A stretch of DNA of 64,000 nt from assembly GCA_965205645.1 (NCBI GenBank), contig OZ242172.1, positions 576,122-640,121 on the forward strand, read 5' to 3'. Source of the stretch: Bdellovibrionales bacterium (lineage in GTDB: Bacteria; Bdellovibrionota; Bdellovibrionia; Bdellovibrionales; UBA1609). Below are positions 53,533 through 63,660 of the stretch, one piece after another. The translations under genes were made by a program, and so were the position numbers. The stretch's first letter is position 1; each line of letters starts with the position of its first letter. Below the pieces are notes generated by a model. It ran no database searches. It saw only the letters and a program-made list of their open reading frames with translations, and had not been told where the DNA came from.

Positions 53533-54803
53533 TCACTCTTCCTTACACCAGCTTCCGATGCGAAAGCTAAAATACAGTTAGATACTTCAGATAATAATAT
53601 TTTTTGTTTGTGATGATTTTTTCGATTCACTAATTCCACACCGGACGACGCAATATCTCTGGCGCCTATGTCAACTCTTAGTGGCATTCCTAATAAATCA
53701 GCATCTTTAAACTTCACACCTGGTTTTTCCAACCGGTCATCCAAAAAGACGTCTATTCCTTTATCCCATAAAGATTGATATAATTTTTCTGCTGCAGCCG
53801 CTGTTTCTTTATGCTCCGGATCCAATAAGCAAATATGTACTAAAAATGGAGCCACCGACACTGGCCATATCAACCCATTTGCATCATGGCTTTGCTCTAA
53901 AACTGCTTGAATCGTTCGTGTGATCCCAACACCATAACAACCCATCTGCACGTTTTGCTGTTCACCTTTTTTGTCCTTATAGACCACTGACATGGCTTTA
54001 GAATATTTGTCTCCTAGATAAAAAATATGTCCTGTTTCAATGCCTTTGGCTCTTTGAAAAACTTGTCCGTCTGGTGAAGTATCTCCGACGCGCAGTTTTA
54101 GATTTAAAGCCTGACTCACAGCCGTCGTGTCTGTGACTAATAATTCACTTTCTCCTTGCTGGGCTAAGATGTGAAATTCTTCTGACTGACTGCCCCCTAT
54201 TTCGCCACTGTCCGCTTGTACAATGCGGAATTTAACCCCTAGCTGCGAGAAAATAGCCTGATACGCCGTTCGCATTTTTTGATAACTCTTTTCCGCTTGC
54301 TGTACATCAGAGTCAAAGCTGTACGCATCTTTCATAATAAATTCTTTGGCTCTCATTAAACCAAATCGTGGGCGAATTTCATCACGAAACTTCGTTTGAA
54401 TCTGATATAAATACAAAGGTAAATCCCGATAACTATTAATGTCATTTTTCACATATTCCGCAATAACTTCTTCATGCGTGGGACCTAAGCAAAAATCCCG
54501 TCCAGTTCGGCTTGTCATCTTTTGCAATAGATCATCGTATAACTTCCACCGACCGCTTTGTACCCAAATTTCCTTCGGTTGTACCATCGGCATTAAGATT
54601 TCTATACAATCTATTTTATCTAATTCCTTACGTACAATTTGTTCAAATTTTTTAATAGAACGAAGAAGCAAAGGCCCATAAGTAAAAATCCCGGCAGATA
54701 ATTTTTTAAGATATCCCCCTCGCGCAAGTAAGGCATAACTGATGAGACCACTGTCCGCTGGGTCTTGTCTTAAAGTTTTTATGCCTACGTTCCGCCACTT
54801 CAT
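53529..54803 (-). CDS. proS: Prolyl-tRNA synthetase (short form without a large editing insertion)
   Basis: Class II motif 2 FRDEIRPRFGLMRAKEFIMKDAYSF, motif 3 GCYGVGITR, C-terminal anticodon-binding domain. Confidence 0.9.
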   Translation of the reverse strand: MKWRNVGIKTLRQDPADSGLISYALLARGGYLKKLSAGIFTYGPLLLRSIKKFEQIVRKELDKIDCIEILMPMVQPKEIWVQSGRWKLYDDLLQKMTSRTGRDFCLGPTHEEVIAEYVKNDINSYRDLPLYLYQIQTKFRDEIRPRFGLMRAKEFIMKDAYSFDSDVQQAEKSYQKMRTAYQAIFSQLGVKFRIVQADSGEIGGSQSEEFHILAQQGESELLVTDTTAVSQALNLKLRVGDTSPDGQVFQRAKGIETGHIFYLGDKYSKAMSVVYKDKKGEQQNVQMGCYGVGITRTIQAVLEQSHDANGLIWPVSVAPFLVHICLLDPEHKETAAAAEKLYQSLWDKGIDVFLDDRLEKPGVKFKDADLLGMPLRVDIGARDIASSGVELVNRKNHHKQKILLSEVSNCILAFASEAGVRKSE

Positions 54804-54821
54804 TCGTGTACTCGCTTTTTA

Positions 54822-56189
54822 CTAAGATTGAATCGTTTTAATGTTAACAAATTCATAAAATCCCCACTCAGAAAGTTCTCTTCCATAACCAGAATTTTTA
54901 ATACCTCCAAAAGGTAAAGCAGGATGAGAATGCATTGCATGGCCTATAGAACAACTCCCAACCTTTAATTCATCCCGCGCAATCCGTTCCGCTTTTTTTC
55001 TATCCGTGCCAAATACTGCCGCACCTAAACCATAATTAGAATGATTCGCTGCTTGTACCGCCTCTGCTTCATTTGATACAACAATAATCAAGGCCACAGG
55101 ACCAAATAACTCCTCTTTATATTCTTCTGTTAAAGAAAATTTATCTTGTCTTAATACTGTCGGAGGATAAAAATACCCTTTACGTTTCAAACATTTCCCT
55201 CCTAATAGTAATTTCATTGAATCATTTAATTTTTGCACTTGTCTATGTAAATTATCTCTCAACTCCTCCCTCGCTAAAGGGCCTAATAATGTGTCCGGTA
55301 AACTTGGATCGCCTGTGCGATAACCTCGCATTTTTTCTATTACTATGTCTGTAAAATAATCTGCATTTTTTCTTGTCACAATAAATCGCTTAGCTGCAAT
55401 ACAGCTTTGTCCATTGTTAACCATTCTACCAGCTACACATTCTTCTGCAGCAGACTCTACGTCTACTGAATCCAAAAGTAAATAAGGATCACTTCCTCCA
55501 AGCTCTAACACAGTTTTTTTTAGATGCCGTCCAGCTAATTCTGCCACTATGCGTCCTGCTCTCACACTGCCTGTTAAAGACACTCCTTGCACTCTCTGAT
55601 CTTGAATTAATTTTGCTGTTTGTTCTAAAGATACCGGTAGATTTTGATAGACACCTTTTGGAAAATCTGCTTCTTGAAATATTGTTTCTAATTGTTTTGC
55701 AGTGCCCATTGTATTAGGGGCATGCTTAATTAAGACCGTGTTTCCACTTAGTATACTCGGTAGTGCAAAACGACAGACCTGCCAAACCGGAAAATTCCAG
55801 GGCATAATACCCAAAATCACTCCCAGACTGCGGTACACGACATAAGAACCGGCCGGTGCCATTGGCAATTTTTGTTTCTCTGTTAAAAATTTCTCCGCAT
55901 TTTGAGATGCAAAGTCACAAAAATGAATACATTTTTTAATCTCCGCTTCTGACTGCTGAAGGGGTTTGCCCATCTCTTGAGTGATGAATGTTGCTAATTG
56001 TTTCTTGTTCTTTTCCAAAGATAATATCAGTCGACGAACAACTTCACACCGATTTTTTATCGCTTGCCGAGACCATGACATTTGCCACGTCCGATCAGCT
56101 AATTCTAAAGCCTGTTCCACTTTTTCATCTGAAAAAAGAGCAGTTTGTAAAAAACATTCTTCTGTATAAGGATTAACAGAACGAAACAT
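54822..56189 (-). CDS. NAD(P)-dependent aldehyde dehydrogenase, succinate-semialdehyde dehydrogenase-like
   Basis: VLELGGSDP and NNGQSCIAAKR (catalytic Cys) motifs; the 455-aa length matches this subfamily. Confidence 0.8.
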   Translation of the reverse strand: MFRSVNPYTEECFLQTALFSDEKVEQALELADRTWQMSWSRQAIKNRCEVVRRLILSLEKNKKQLATFITQEMGKPLQQSEAEIKKCIHFCDFASQNAEKFLTEKQKLPMAPAGSYVVYRSLGVILGIMPWNFPVWQVCRFALPSILSGNTVLIKHAPNTMGTAKQLETIFQEADFPKGVYQNLPVSLEQTAKLIQDQRVQGVSLTGSVRAGRIVAELAGRHLKKTVLELGGSDPYLLLDSVDVESAAEECVAGRMVNNGQSCIAAKRFIVTRKNADYFTDIVIEKMRGYRTGDPSLPDTLLGPLAREELRDNLHRQVQKLNDSMKLLLGGKCLKRKGYFYPPTVLRQDKFSLTEEYKEELFGPVALIIVVSNEAEAVQAANHSNYGLGAAVFGTDRKKAERIARDELKVGSCSIGHAMHSHPALPFGGIKNSGYGRELSEWGFYEFVNIKTIQS

Positions 56190-56880
56190 CAGATAATCTA
56201 GTTGGAATATTTTTCATCTTTTGTCGTTTCAGGATTGGCCAAAACCAGGACAACAGAGAATCTCCTTCAATCACTTCTTCCAATGTGATTGCTTTTTTCA
56301 TGATTCCCTTTTTTTCACGGCTTGAAACAGGCAAAATAGAAATATAATGATTAAAATATTGGGTTTTATTCCATTCCATAAATACTTTATTTTCCATTTT
56401 GGAAAAATATTGCATGGAAAAATAAGGAGATTGAGGGGATTTTCTTTTATAAACTTTTAATATCTTTTGATCAAAATCTTCTCCATGTACAATATTTAGT
56501 AATACTTTTTCAAATGTTTTAGCTCTTGCACAAACACATAATGCCGGAGATACACCGACTAAAAAATCCGGGTGTGCAGCTGTGACTCGTATTAGCCTCT
56601 CGTATAAGCCCATATTGACTAAGAAAGACATCAAACGTATATGAATCACTGAATCCAAAGATTCCTTGCGCTCCATTAAGCCCCATAACCATAAAGGGAC
56701 TGGTAAGCCACGATTTTTTAAAATCTGTCGCGCTTTACTCATACATAACATAACGTCCGGAATTCGGGCGTAATGACGGAATACGCTACTGGAATGAGAT
56801 ACCGATGGATAAAAAAACACCGCCTTTATCTTATTTTTTGCTATCACTCCGTTTGTCTTTACATTATCTATTCTCATCAA
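56173..56880 (-). CDS. Hypothetical protein
   Basis: 235-aa ORF overlapping the downstream dehydrogenase start by 17 nt. No motif recognised. Confidence 0.4.
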   Translation of the reverse strand: MMRIDNVKTNGVIAKNKIKAVFFYPSVSHSSSVFRHYARIPDVMLCMSKARQILKNRGLPVPLWLWGLMERKESLDSVIHIRLMSFLVNMGLYERLIRVTAAHPDFLVGVSPALCVCARAKTFEKVLLNIVHGEDFDQKILKVYKRKSPQSPYFSMQYFSKMENKVFMEWNKTQYFNHYISILPVSSREKKGIMKKAITLEEVIEGDSLLSWFWPILKRQKMKNIPTRLSDVSFC

Positions 56881-57075
56881 TATTCCATTTTTATTAAGAT
56901 TAATTTTTTAAGTATATTTGCTGTGTTTTCTATACTCCCTACATTAATATAACAACTTTGTTTACCACCTTTTAGTTATTAAAAACATAAAAATTAAATT
57001 TGATCACTAAAAAAAATTAAACACCACTTTTTTACACAAACAATGTACATTCTTACATCCTTTGTGAAAACATTT

Positions 57076-57141
57076 CACCCCCAAAGGGGGTTACTTTCGA
57101 CGCGGCTGCATTTACATTATTGTCACTACTGTGCAAATTAT
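57076..57141 (-). repeat. A-repeat copy (long-core form), intergenic
   Basis: cacccccaaagggggttactttcgacgcggctgcatttacattattgtcactactgtgcaaattat. Confidence 0.85.
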
Positions 57142-57149
57142 ATTATTCT

Positions 57150-57266
57150 CATAGGATTAAATATCCTGCTCAAAAGCTCAAACATGCGTTTTGCCCGCAG
57201 AGCAGACTTAACAGTCGCTCTGCGTCCAAAGCCGAACTCGTTTTGAGCAGAATATTTAATCCTATG
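57150..57266. repeat. B-repeat hairpin element (117 bp)
   Basis: cataggattaaatatcctgctcaaaagctcaaacatgcgttttgcccgcagagcagacttaacagtcgctctgcgtccaaagccgaactcgttttgagcagaatatttaatcctatg. Confidence 0.9.
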
Positions 57267-57439
57267 AAATCAATAAGCATTAATATGAAATAATCTCTAA
57301 GGAAAACAATTGTTAATACAAGTATCTATGTCTGTGTGATTTTTAAACGAGGAAGATAAGGGTATATTTAAAAACAGGCTACAAGGGCAGGAGACATAGC
57401 GTATTGAGAAACTAGAACTATCTTGCTAGACTTTTTGCT

Positions 57440-58414
57440 ATGAAGATTTCGTTTTCCCCAAATATAAAAATGCCAGTACTTCGTTTTAAAAACGTAGTTG
57501 TTGATTTCGTGTCCAAAAAAAGATACTGGCTGTTCGTCTTAATTTTAGCTTATTGTATAGCTGATTTACTCGTGCTCGCTATTCATCCTTACCTTGTATC
57601 TTCTCAAGTTAAAAACTGGAATCGGGGTCATTTATCCGCACAACAACCTCTTACAGAATACATACCAATATGGGACTTTAATGTATTTCACAATGCACCC
57701 ATTCCTCCATCTTTGTTTTCTCTGCAGAAAGGCCAGGAAATTAACAGTACCCAACCTAAAGTCTCTAATTTACCATTGACACTCAATGGCACGATTGTTT
57801 ATCAAAACCCTGTTTATTCTATTGCCAATATCACATTAAAAAATCAAAATAAATCAGATAGTTATCAAGTACAAGATGAAATAGAATCCTTAGCTCGTAT
57901 TACGGATATCATGAGTGCCAGAGTGTATTTGATTAACTTAACGAATAACAAGAGAGAATATATAGCTGTTTCAGATTTACCAGACATTAATTTGCAATTT
58001 AAGAAGAGAGAATCTTCATTATATACACCAAGAGGGAGGACACCGGCAAAAGGCTTTCACCAAAAAATTAATCGATCTTTTATTAATAAACACTTACGTT
58101 CTTTGCCGGAAGTTTTACAACAAGCTAGAGTCATGCCTCATTGGGAGAATGGAAAAATGATTGGATATCGTTTTAAACATATTCAGCCAGGTAGTCCTTA
58201 TGAACATTTAGGTTTTCAAGAAGCTGATATTATTAAGTCGGTAGAGGGAGAAGAAATTAAATCGGAGTTACAAGCGGCTGAGCTATTTCATCGTTTAAAG
58301 AATAGTTCTAAATTGAATATGATTCTTCAAAGAGAAGGGAAAGATGTTCCGTTTTCTTGGACAGTAGATGAAGATGCGGCTATTGAAGATGCCTCTACAG
58401 TCAATTTTCAATAA
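57440..58414 (+). CDS. gspC: Type II secretion system protein C-like (TM anchor plus PDZ domain)
   Basis: TM YWLFVLILAYCIADLLVLAI, C-terminal PDZ-like GYRFKHIQPGSPYEHLGFQEADIIKSVEGEEI. Immediately upstream of the secretin gene. Confidence 0.65.
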   Translation: MKISFSPNIKMPVLRFKNVVVDFVSKKRYWLFVLILAYCIADLLVLAIHPYLVSSQVKNWNRGHLSAQQPLTEYIPIWDFNVFHNAPIPPSLFSLQKGQEINSTQPKVSNLPLTLNGTIVYQNPVYSIANITLKNQNKSDSYQVQDEIESLARITDIMSARVYLINLTNNKREYIAVSDLPDINLQFKKRESSLYTPRGRTPAKGFHQKINRSFINKHLRSLPEVLQQARVMPHWENGKMIGYRFKHIQPGSPYEHLGFQEADIIKSVEGEEIKSELQAAELFHRLKNSSKLNMILQREGKDVPFSWTVDEDAAIEDASTVNFQ

Positions 58415-58437
58415 GGAGAATTAGATAGCAGGATTCT

Positions 58438-61206
58438 ATGAAGTATTTAGCAGGGACGCTTTTTATTAGTTTATTGGTAATAGCTCTGATTAGCAGTTGC
58501 GATCGCACGTCATCAGACAGAATTTTAGCCAGCACTCAAGAAAACACTAGTTCAGTGTCTTCGTCTAGTCAATCTGTTGGTGATGGTAGAATCAAAAGTA
58601 ATACAGCCATTCATAAAATAAAAGAAAATAAAATCCAAGCTCCTTTTATTGGCAAACGTACGGGTACACGTATTTTTCAGTCGCATCCAGAAGACATCAC
58701 TTCTGAAAATTATCCGGAAGTGATTGAAAGTTTTGTTTTTCCTAATGCAGAATTGAAAGATGTCATCAAAGCAATGAGTACGGACATGAATATTAACATC
58801 ATTATGGATCCGACGATTGCTAATAAAAAAATTAGCATTATTTCTTATTCTCCGATTACTGTTGCTGAAGCCTATCAGGCATTTTTATCTGCTTTAGCGG
58901 TACATGGTTTGACAGTTGTTCCCAGTGGATCTTTTTTAAAAGTAGTTTCTAAAGAAACTGCTTTAAAAAGTAATATTCACGTACACACCAAGTCCACTCC
59001 TCTGAAAACAGATCAATTTATCACTCAGATTATTAAGTTAAAACATATTAGTGCCGATTCTTTAGAGAAAAAAATTAAACCATTTATAGATTCAAAGTCC
59101 GTACAGTCTATGATTTTTTATGAACCATCCGATATAGTGATTATTTCTGATCATGGTTTGAATATTGAGCGATTTCAAAAAATTATTACAGCATTGGATA
59201 TTCCCACTAAAGAAATTATGTTTAAAGTTCTTCCTATTAAACATGCTGGTGCGAGTGATTTATCCAATATTATTTCTAACTTGTTGTCCGGTTCCATGCC
59301 TTCATCCACTTATTCTACTTTTGGAAAAAGAGGAAGAGGAAGAGGTAAATATCAAATCAAGCAGGATGGTATAAAAATCCAGTCTTTGTTTCATGATGAG
59401 AGAACCAATTCCATTATAGTCATGGGTAACAAAAAAGGTATACAAAAAGTGGAAAACTTAGTCGCGCAATTAGATTATTATAAAGACCCTGCATTAGCGG
59501 GAGGAATTTTTGTTTATAAAGTTAAACATGGCACAGCGAAAGAACTGGCTACAACACTCAATGCAGTCATTGGAAAGGAAACTTCATTAAGAGGTACTGC
59601 TTCTGTTGGAAAACGCTCTCGTCTTTCTAGATCCAGTTACCGAGGACGTCGTTCCAGCACTCTTTCTGCTCTACCTAGTGCACGCAGTATGCAAGAAGTG
59701 GACACAGCCAGATCTTTTAAAGATGTGCGTGTTATTGCAGAAAGTAATACAAACAGCCTGCTCATTGTATCTAACAAATACAATTATGAAACTATTTTGG
59801 ATATTTTAAATAAAGTGGATATTTCCCGCAACCAAGTATTTATTAAAACAATTATCATGGAGCTCAATACAGACAAAAATAAAGATTGGAAGATTGCCAA
59901 TTATTTTTTTCCTAAAGACGGTAAAGGTTTGGCTCGTATGGGATATGGGCTGAGTGATTTATCAGATTTAACTTCTCCATCCGGTGCGACTTTAATGTTT
60001 CCACTTTCTTTAATTTTAGATAAGAGCTTAACTGGTATCTCTGCAAAACAAATGACAGACATCAATCCACTTTTCCTTGGTAAAGCTATGCCTGGTACAG
60101 CAAAAGTTTTTTCCATTCCCTCTTTATCTTCTTTTGTGCAGTTTTTACAAAAAAATGTAGGAGCTAATATCTTATCTACTCCACAAGTCATGGCTCTCGA
60201 TCACCAGGAAGCGATTGTTACAATTAATGAAAGTATTCCGGTTATTGGTACCTTACTTCAATTTGGATCCGGTGCTAATTCTGTGCCTGGAGCTAACATC
60301 AATTATAAAAATGTGGAAACAGCGCTGAAAATTACACCTCATATCAATCCAGATGTTAGCTCTGTACGATTAAAAATTGAGCAAAAAATTGACAGCATTA
60401 TTAAGGAAGCTGACTTGCCTGCGCAAGTGCAAGATGCTGCAGTATCTATTAAGAAACGTACGATTAAAACGCATATCGCCTTAAAAGATAGGGAAACAGC
60501 TGTCTTAGGTGGGTTAGTTAAAGAATCCAATATTAAAAATGAATCTAAAGTTCCTTTGTTAGGAGATCTGCCTTTTATAGGTTGGTTGTTTAAGAATTCA
60601 AAGACAAGTAGAAAAAAATCTAATTTAATTGTATTTATTACACCACGGATCATTCGTTCAGCAGATGAACATCAAGTTATTTTGAATTCAAAATTGAAAG
60701 AAAGAATGAATTTCATTCACCGATTTGTTGGAGATAAGGATCCTTACGAACACACGACTAAACAAATGATACAAAACAATAAAGAGCCTCTTCACCAGAA
60801 TAAAGAAACTCTTCACCAGACAGGTACAATGCCTGATGAATCGGTGATAGATAGTACAGAAGGCATAGAATATGCAGAAGAGGAAGAAGAATCAGCAGAA
60901 GAAAAAGACACTAAAGAAGTAGTTCCCTCTGTGGATGAATCGTCTTCTTTGGAAGGAAACGAGGGAGATATAGGAACTATATCACCACCCACTCAATTGA
61001 ATGCTAATGAACAGAAAATAAATATAGAACAGACTTCTCCGACAGTCACTGCAGAGGATAGTCAAAAAGCAGATGAGATTAGTTCAAGTACAGAAGAAGA
61101 TAAGACTGGTCATAGCGAGCAACAAGAAAATTTTAACAATGATTCAGACATAAAAGATAGCTCTGGTGAAGTAGAAGAACATATATTGTTTCCGTCATCA
61201 GAGTAG
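58438..61206 (+). CDS. gspD: Type II secretion system secretin GspD with a long acidic C-terminal extension
   Basis: Lipobox-like LISS|C, N-domains, and secretin core STPQVMALDHQEAIVTINESIPV...VPLLGDLPFIGWLFKNSK...LIVFITPRII. About 190 extra Glu/Ser-rich residues at the C-terminus. Confidence 0.9.
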   Translation: MKYLAGTLFISLLVIALISSCDRTSSDRILASTQENTSSVSSSSQSVGDGRIKSNTAIHKIKENKIQAPFIGKRTGTRIFQSHPEDITSENYPEVIESFVFPNAELKDVIKAMSTDMNINIIMDPTIANKKISIISYSPITVAEAYQAFLSALAVHGLTVVPSGSFLKVVSKETALKSNIHVHTKSTPLKTDQFITQIIKLKHISADSLEKKIKPFIDSKSVQSMIFYEPSDIVIISDHGLNIERFQKIITALDIPTKEIMFKVLPIKHAGASDLSNIISNLLSGSMPSSTYSTFGKRGRGRGKYQIKQDGIKIQSLFHDERTNSIIVMGNKKGIQKVENLVAQLDYYKDPALAGGIFVYKVKHGTAKELATTLNAVIGKETSLRGTASVGKRSRLSRSSYRGRRSSTLSALPSARSMQEVDTARSFKDVRVIAESNTNSLLIVSNKYNYETILDILNKVDISRNQVFIKTIIMELNTDKNKDWKIANYFFPKDGKGLARMGYGLSDLSDLTSPSGATLMFPLSLILDKSLTGISAKQMTDINPLFLGKAMPGTAKVFSIPSLSSFVQFLQKNVGANILSTPQVMALDHQEAIVTINESIPVIGTLLQFGSGANSVPGANINYKNVETALKITPHINPDVSSVRLKIEQKIDSIIKEADLPAQVQDAAVSIKKRTIKTHIALKDRETAVLGGLVKESNIKNESKVPLLGDLPFIGWLFKNSKTSRKKSNLIVFITPRIIRSADEHQVILNSKLKERMNFIHRFVGDKDPYEHTTKQMIQNNKEPLHQNKETLHQTGTMPDESVIDSTEGIEYAEEEEESAEEKDTKEVVPSVDESSSLEGNEGDIGTISPPTQLNANEQKINIEQTSPTVTAEDSQKADEISSSTEEDKTGHSEQQENFNNDSDIKDSSGEVEEHILFPSSE

Positions 61207-61275
61207 AATGATTCAGTGGATAGTTTAAATGCTATTCACGTATCTCATTTCAGTGGGATTCAAAAATAATATATT

Positions 61276-62172
61276 TTATTTTAGATCTTTATAAGAAATG
61301 GAGTGTTGAAGCATATAAGCTGTACGCAGTTCCAACCAACCTAGCTTTTTCCATCTTTGAGAGGGTAATTGTTTTAATAAATGCTTTAGTACTTCTTGTT
61401 CATTGCCATAAAAATATTCTTTAGCAAATTGATTAAATCCCTCCTCATTTTTGTAACGAAGTCCTTGTTCACTCAGAAGTATTTCAACAAGTTCCTTTAC
61501 AGCGATAGATGGGTACGCTATTATTTTGCCTTCATTGGCCTTTATGATATGGAGAGAAATTGGTGTATCGGTGATGTCTGAATGTTTCCAACTAAGGGCA
61601 AAGAATTGATTTGAATCTAATAAATTTTCCACGACTGTATAGATTTTATTTGTATTCCCATTAGTATATTGATCCGCTAGTTGTTTTTGCTTGCTAGGAT
61701 CACGATAGTTTTTAATAAAGCTATCTGGATCTGGTTTGACAAGAAGATATATATTAAGAAGATTTGCTAATGTTGTATTTTTATCATAGTGTTTTTTGAA
61801 AAATACAGATTGGTTACTGCTCTCGTGGTATTTTTCAGTTGATTTGTTTGTTTCTTGTAATTGATCTGGTTCTGGCCATTCTAGATCAAGCAATTCATTT
61901 GGAGATAACGATTTCTTCATTATCGTATAAACTTTATCTGCTGTATAATTTTTATCTATTGTATCATTGTTCAGCTTTTTAACCAACCGTTCTAGACCAC
62001 TTGACCCTTTGTACTCTGTTTTTAATGTGTTTGCTAAACCATCTGATTTGCTGATAAATGGATGTAATTCACTCGTTGGAGAGTCAAAATTGCCACGGCA
62101 AGATTCAGATTCTGCCATTAGTGCTATCATCCAAAAAGTTGCTAAAAAAATACAAGCTATCTTGATGGTCAT
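61276..62172 (-). CDS. Hypothetical secreted protein
   Basis: Signal peptide IACIFLATFWMIALMA, no recognisable motif. Confidence 0.45.
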   Translation of the reverse strand: MTIKIACIFLATFWMIALMAESESCRGNFDSPTSELHPFISKSDGLANTLKTEYKGSSGLERLVKKLNNDTIDKNYTADKVYTIMKKSLSPNELLDLEWPEPDQLQETNKSTEKYHESSNQSVFFKKHYDKNTTLANLLNIYLLVKPDPDSFIKNYRDPSKQKQLADQYTNGNTNKIYTVVENLLDSNQFFALSWKHSDITDTPISLHIIKANEGKIIAYPSIAVKELVEILLSEQGLRYKNEEGFNQFAKEYFYGNEQEVLKHLLKQLPSQRWKKLGWLELRTAYMLQHSISYKDLK

Positions 62173-62383
62173 CAGCTTTCTCCTAATTTTTATAATATTT
62201 TAACACACTGCTTATGAGCAAAAATATAAGGTATTCACAACATATCATTCGCTCAGAACCAATGAAATACAATACACTCATGTAATAATTACACCAATTG
62301 ATATAATTAGTATTGTATTGTGATCCAGTTTTTTAATATAATAAATGGATAAAATAAAGATTTTTTTTCAAAAGGAGATTGGA

Positions 62384-63646
62384 ATGATTCAAAAGTTGCT
62401 GCTTGGATTAAGTTTCATAGCGGTATTATGTGTGACTACATCTTGTCAGTACTTGAAACTTGAACATTATCGGAACAAATATTCTCAATATCAGCGTCAA
62501 AGTGAGTCTAAGGCGATTATTCATCCTCTTGAGAAAAAGAATATTGGCGGGTGGGTGCATTTTAAACACGTTAAGAAAAAAGGAAAAGAACAAACTGCTT
62601 TGGTGACAGCGAAAATTACTGGATTAGAACCAAATAAAAAATATGGATTTCATGTCCATGAATATGGCGACTGCTCGGAACAAGGTCAGTATGTGGGAAA
62701 ACATTATAACCCTCATTATACTCGTCATGGATTGCCAGGAGATGAACAAAGACATTTAGGTGATATGGGTAATTTATCCGCTGGAGCAGATGGTACAGCT
62801 TTTTACAATAAACTTTTAAGTATGTGTATGTGGGGGACTGTGGGACGTTCTATTGTCATTCATGCAAAAATAGATGATGGACAAAGTCAGCCGTCAGGTA
62901 ATGCTGGTCCTTATATTGCTTGTGGTGTCATTGGCTATACCTCTTCTACTGAAGAAGGTGACATATTGGAAGATGAAAGTGAGTTGATATGGGAAGATGA
63001 AAAACAAGCTAAAAAAGCATCTCATGTAACAGTGAAGAAATTAGAATCATCCAAGCCAGCAGCTAATCAACAGCAAGATCACCCGCAGCAAATACCACCA
63101 AAGCCACCGATGTTTACGTCTTCACCGCCATCTACAGAATCTCCGAAACCTGCTGTGCTTAAAGTAGCCCCAACTACTTCAGCACCAGCACCTAAAAAAG
63201 CAGTACTACCTACTAAGGCAGTAAAGTCCGAGGCAGTACTACCCAAGGCAGTAAAGTCCAAAGCAGTACTACCCAAGGCAGTAAAATCCAAAGCAGTACT
63301 ACCCAAGGCAGTAAAATCCAAAGCAGTGCTACCCAAGGCAGTAAAGTCCAAGGCAGTAAAGTCCAAGGCAGTAAAGTCCAAGGCAGTACAATCTAAGACA
63401 GAGGTAAAGTCTGCAACAGAAACAAAGCCTGTAAAAAAGGAAAAGCCTAAGGAAGTAAAATCCAAGGCAGTAAAACCGAAAGTAGTTGCAGAACCTACCG
63501 CAGCATCGCCGAAAACAATGGAATTAAAAACTTCAGCAGCGCCAGCGCCAGTGCCACCAAAGTCGACAGTTACACCATCTCCTTCGGGTAAAAAAGGAAC
63601 TGTGCCATCATCTTCCACAATCGAGACCAACGAAAAAGCCAAGTAG
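62384..63646 (+). CDS. sodC: Cu,Zn superoxide dismutase with Lys/Ala/Pro/Val-rich repetitive C-terminal tail
   Basis: aaggag SD upstream of the ATG at 62384, signal/lipobox-like VLCVTTS|C. GFHVHEYGDC, HLGDMGN and SIVIHAKIDD metal-site motifs, then AVLPKAVKSK repeats. Confidence 0.85.
   Translation: MIQKLLLGLSFIAVLCVTTSCQYLKLEHYRNKYSQYQRQSESKAIIHPLEKKNIGGWVHFKHVKKKGKEQTALVTAKITGLEPNKKYGFHVHEYGDCSEQGQYVGKHYNPHYTRHGLPGDEQRHLGDMGNLSAGADGTAFYNKLLSMCMWGTVGRSIVIHAKIDDGQSQPSGNAGPYIACGVIGYTSSTEEGDILEDESELIWEDEKQAKKASHVTVKKLESSKPAANQQQDHPQQIPPKPPMFTSSPPSTESPKPAVLKVAPTTSAPAPKKAVLPTKAVKSEAVLPKAVKSKAVLPKAVKSKAVLPKAVKSKAVLPKAVKSKAVKSKAVKSKAVQSKTEVKSATETKPVKKEKPKEVKSKAVKPKVVAEPTAASPKTMELKTSAAPAPVPPKSTVTPSPSGKKGTVPSSSTIETNEKAK
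63200..63397 (+). repeat. In-frame tandem repeats in the sodC tail (30/33-bp unit x5, then 15-bp unit x3)
   Basis: gcagtactacccaaggcagtaaa(g/a)tccaa(a/g) reiterated from 63200, collapsing to gcagtaaagtccaag from 63353. Confidence 0.9.
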
Positions 63647-63660
63647 TTTTGGTTCAGTTT

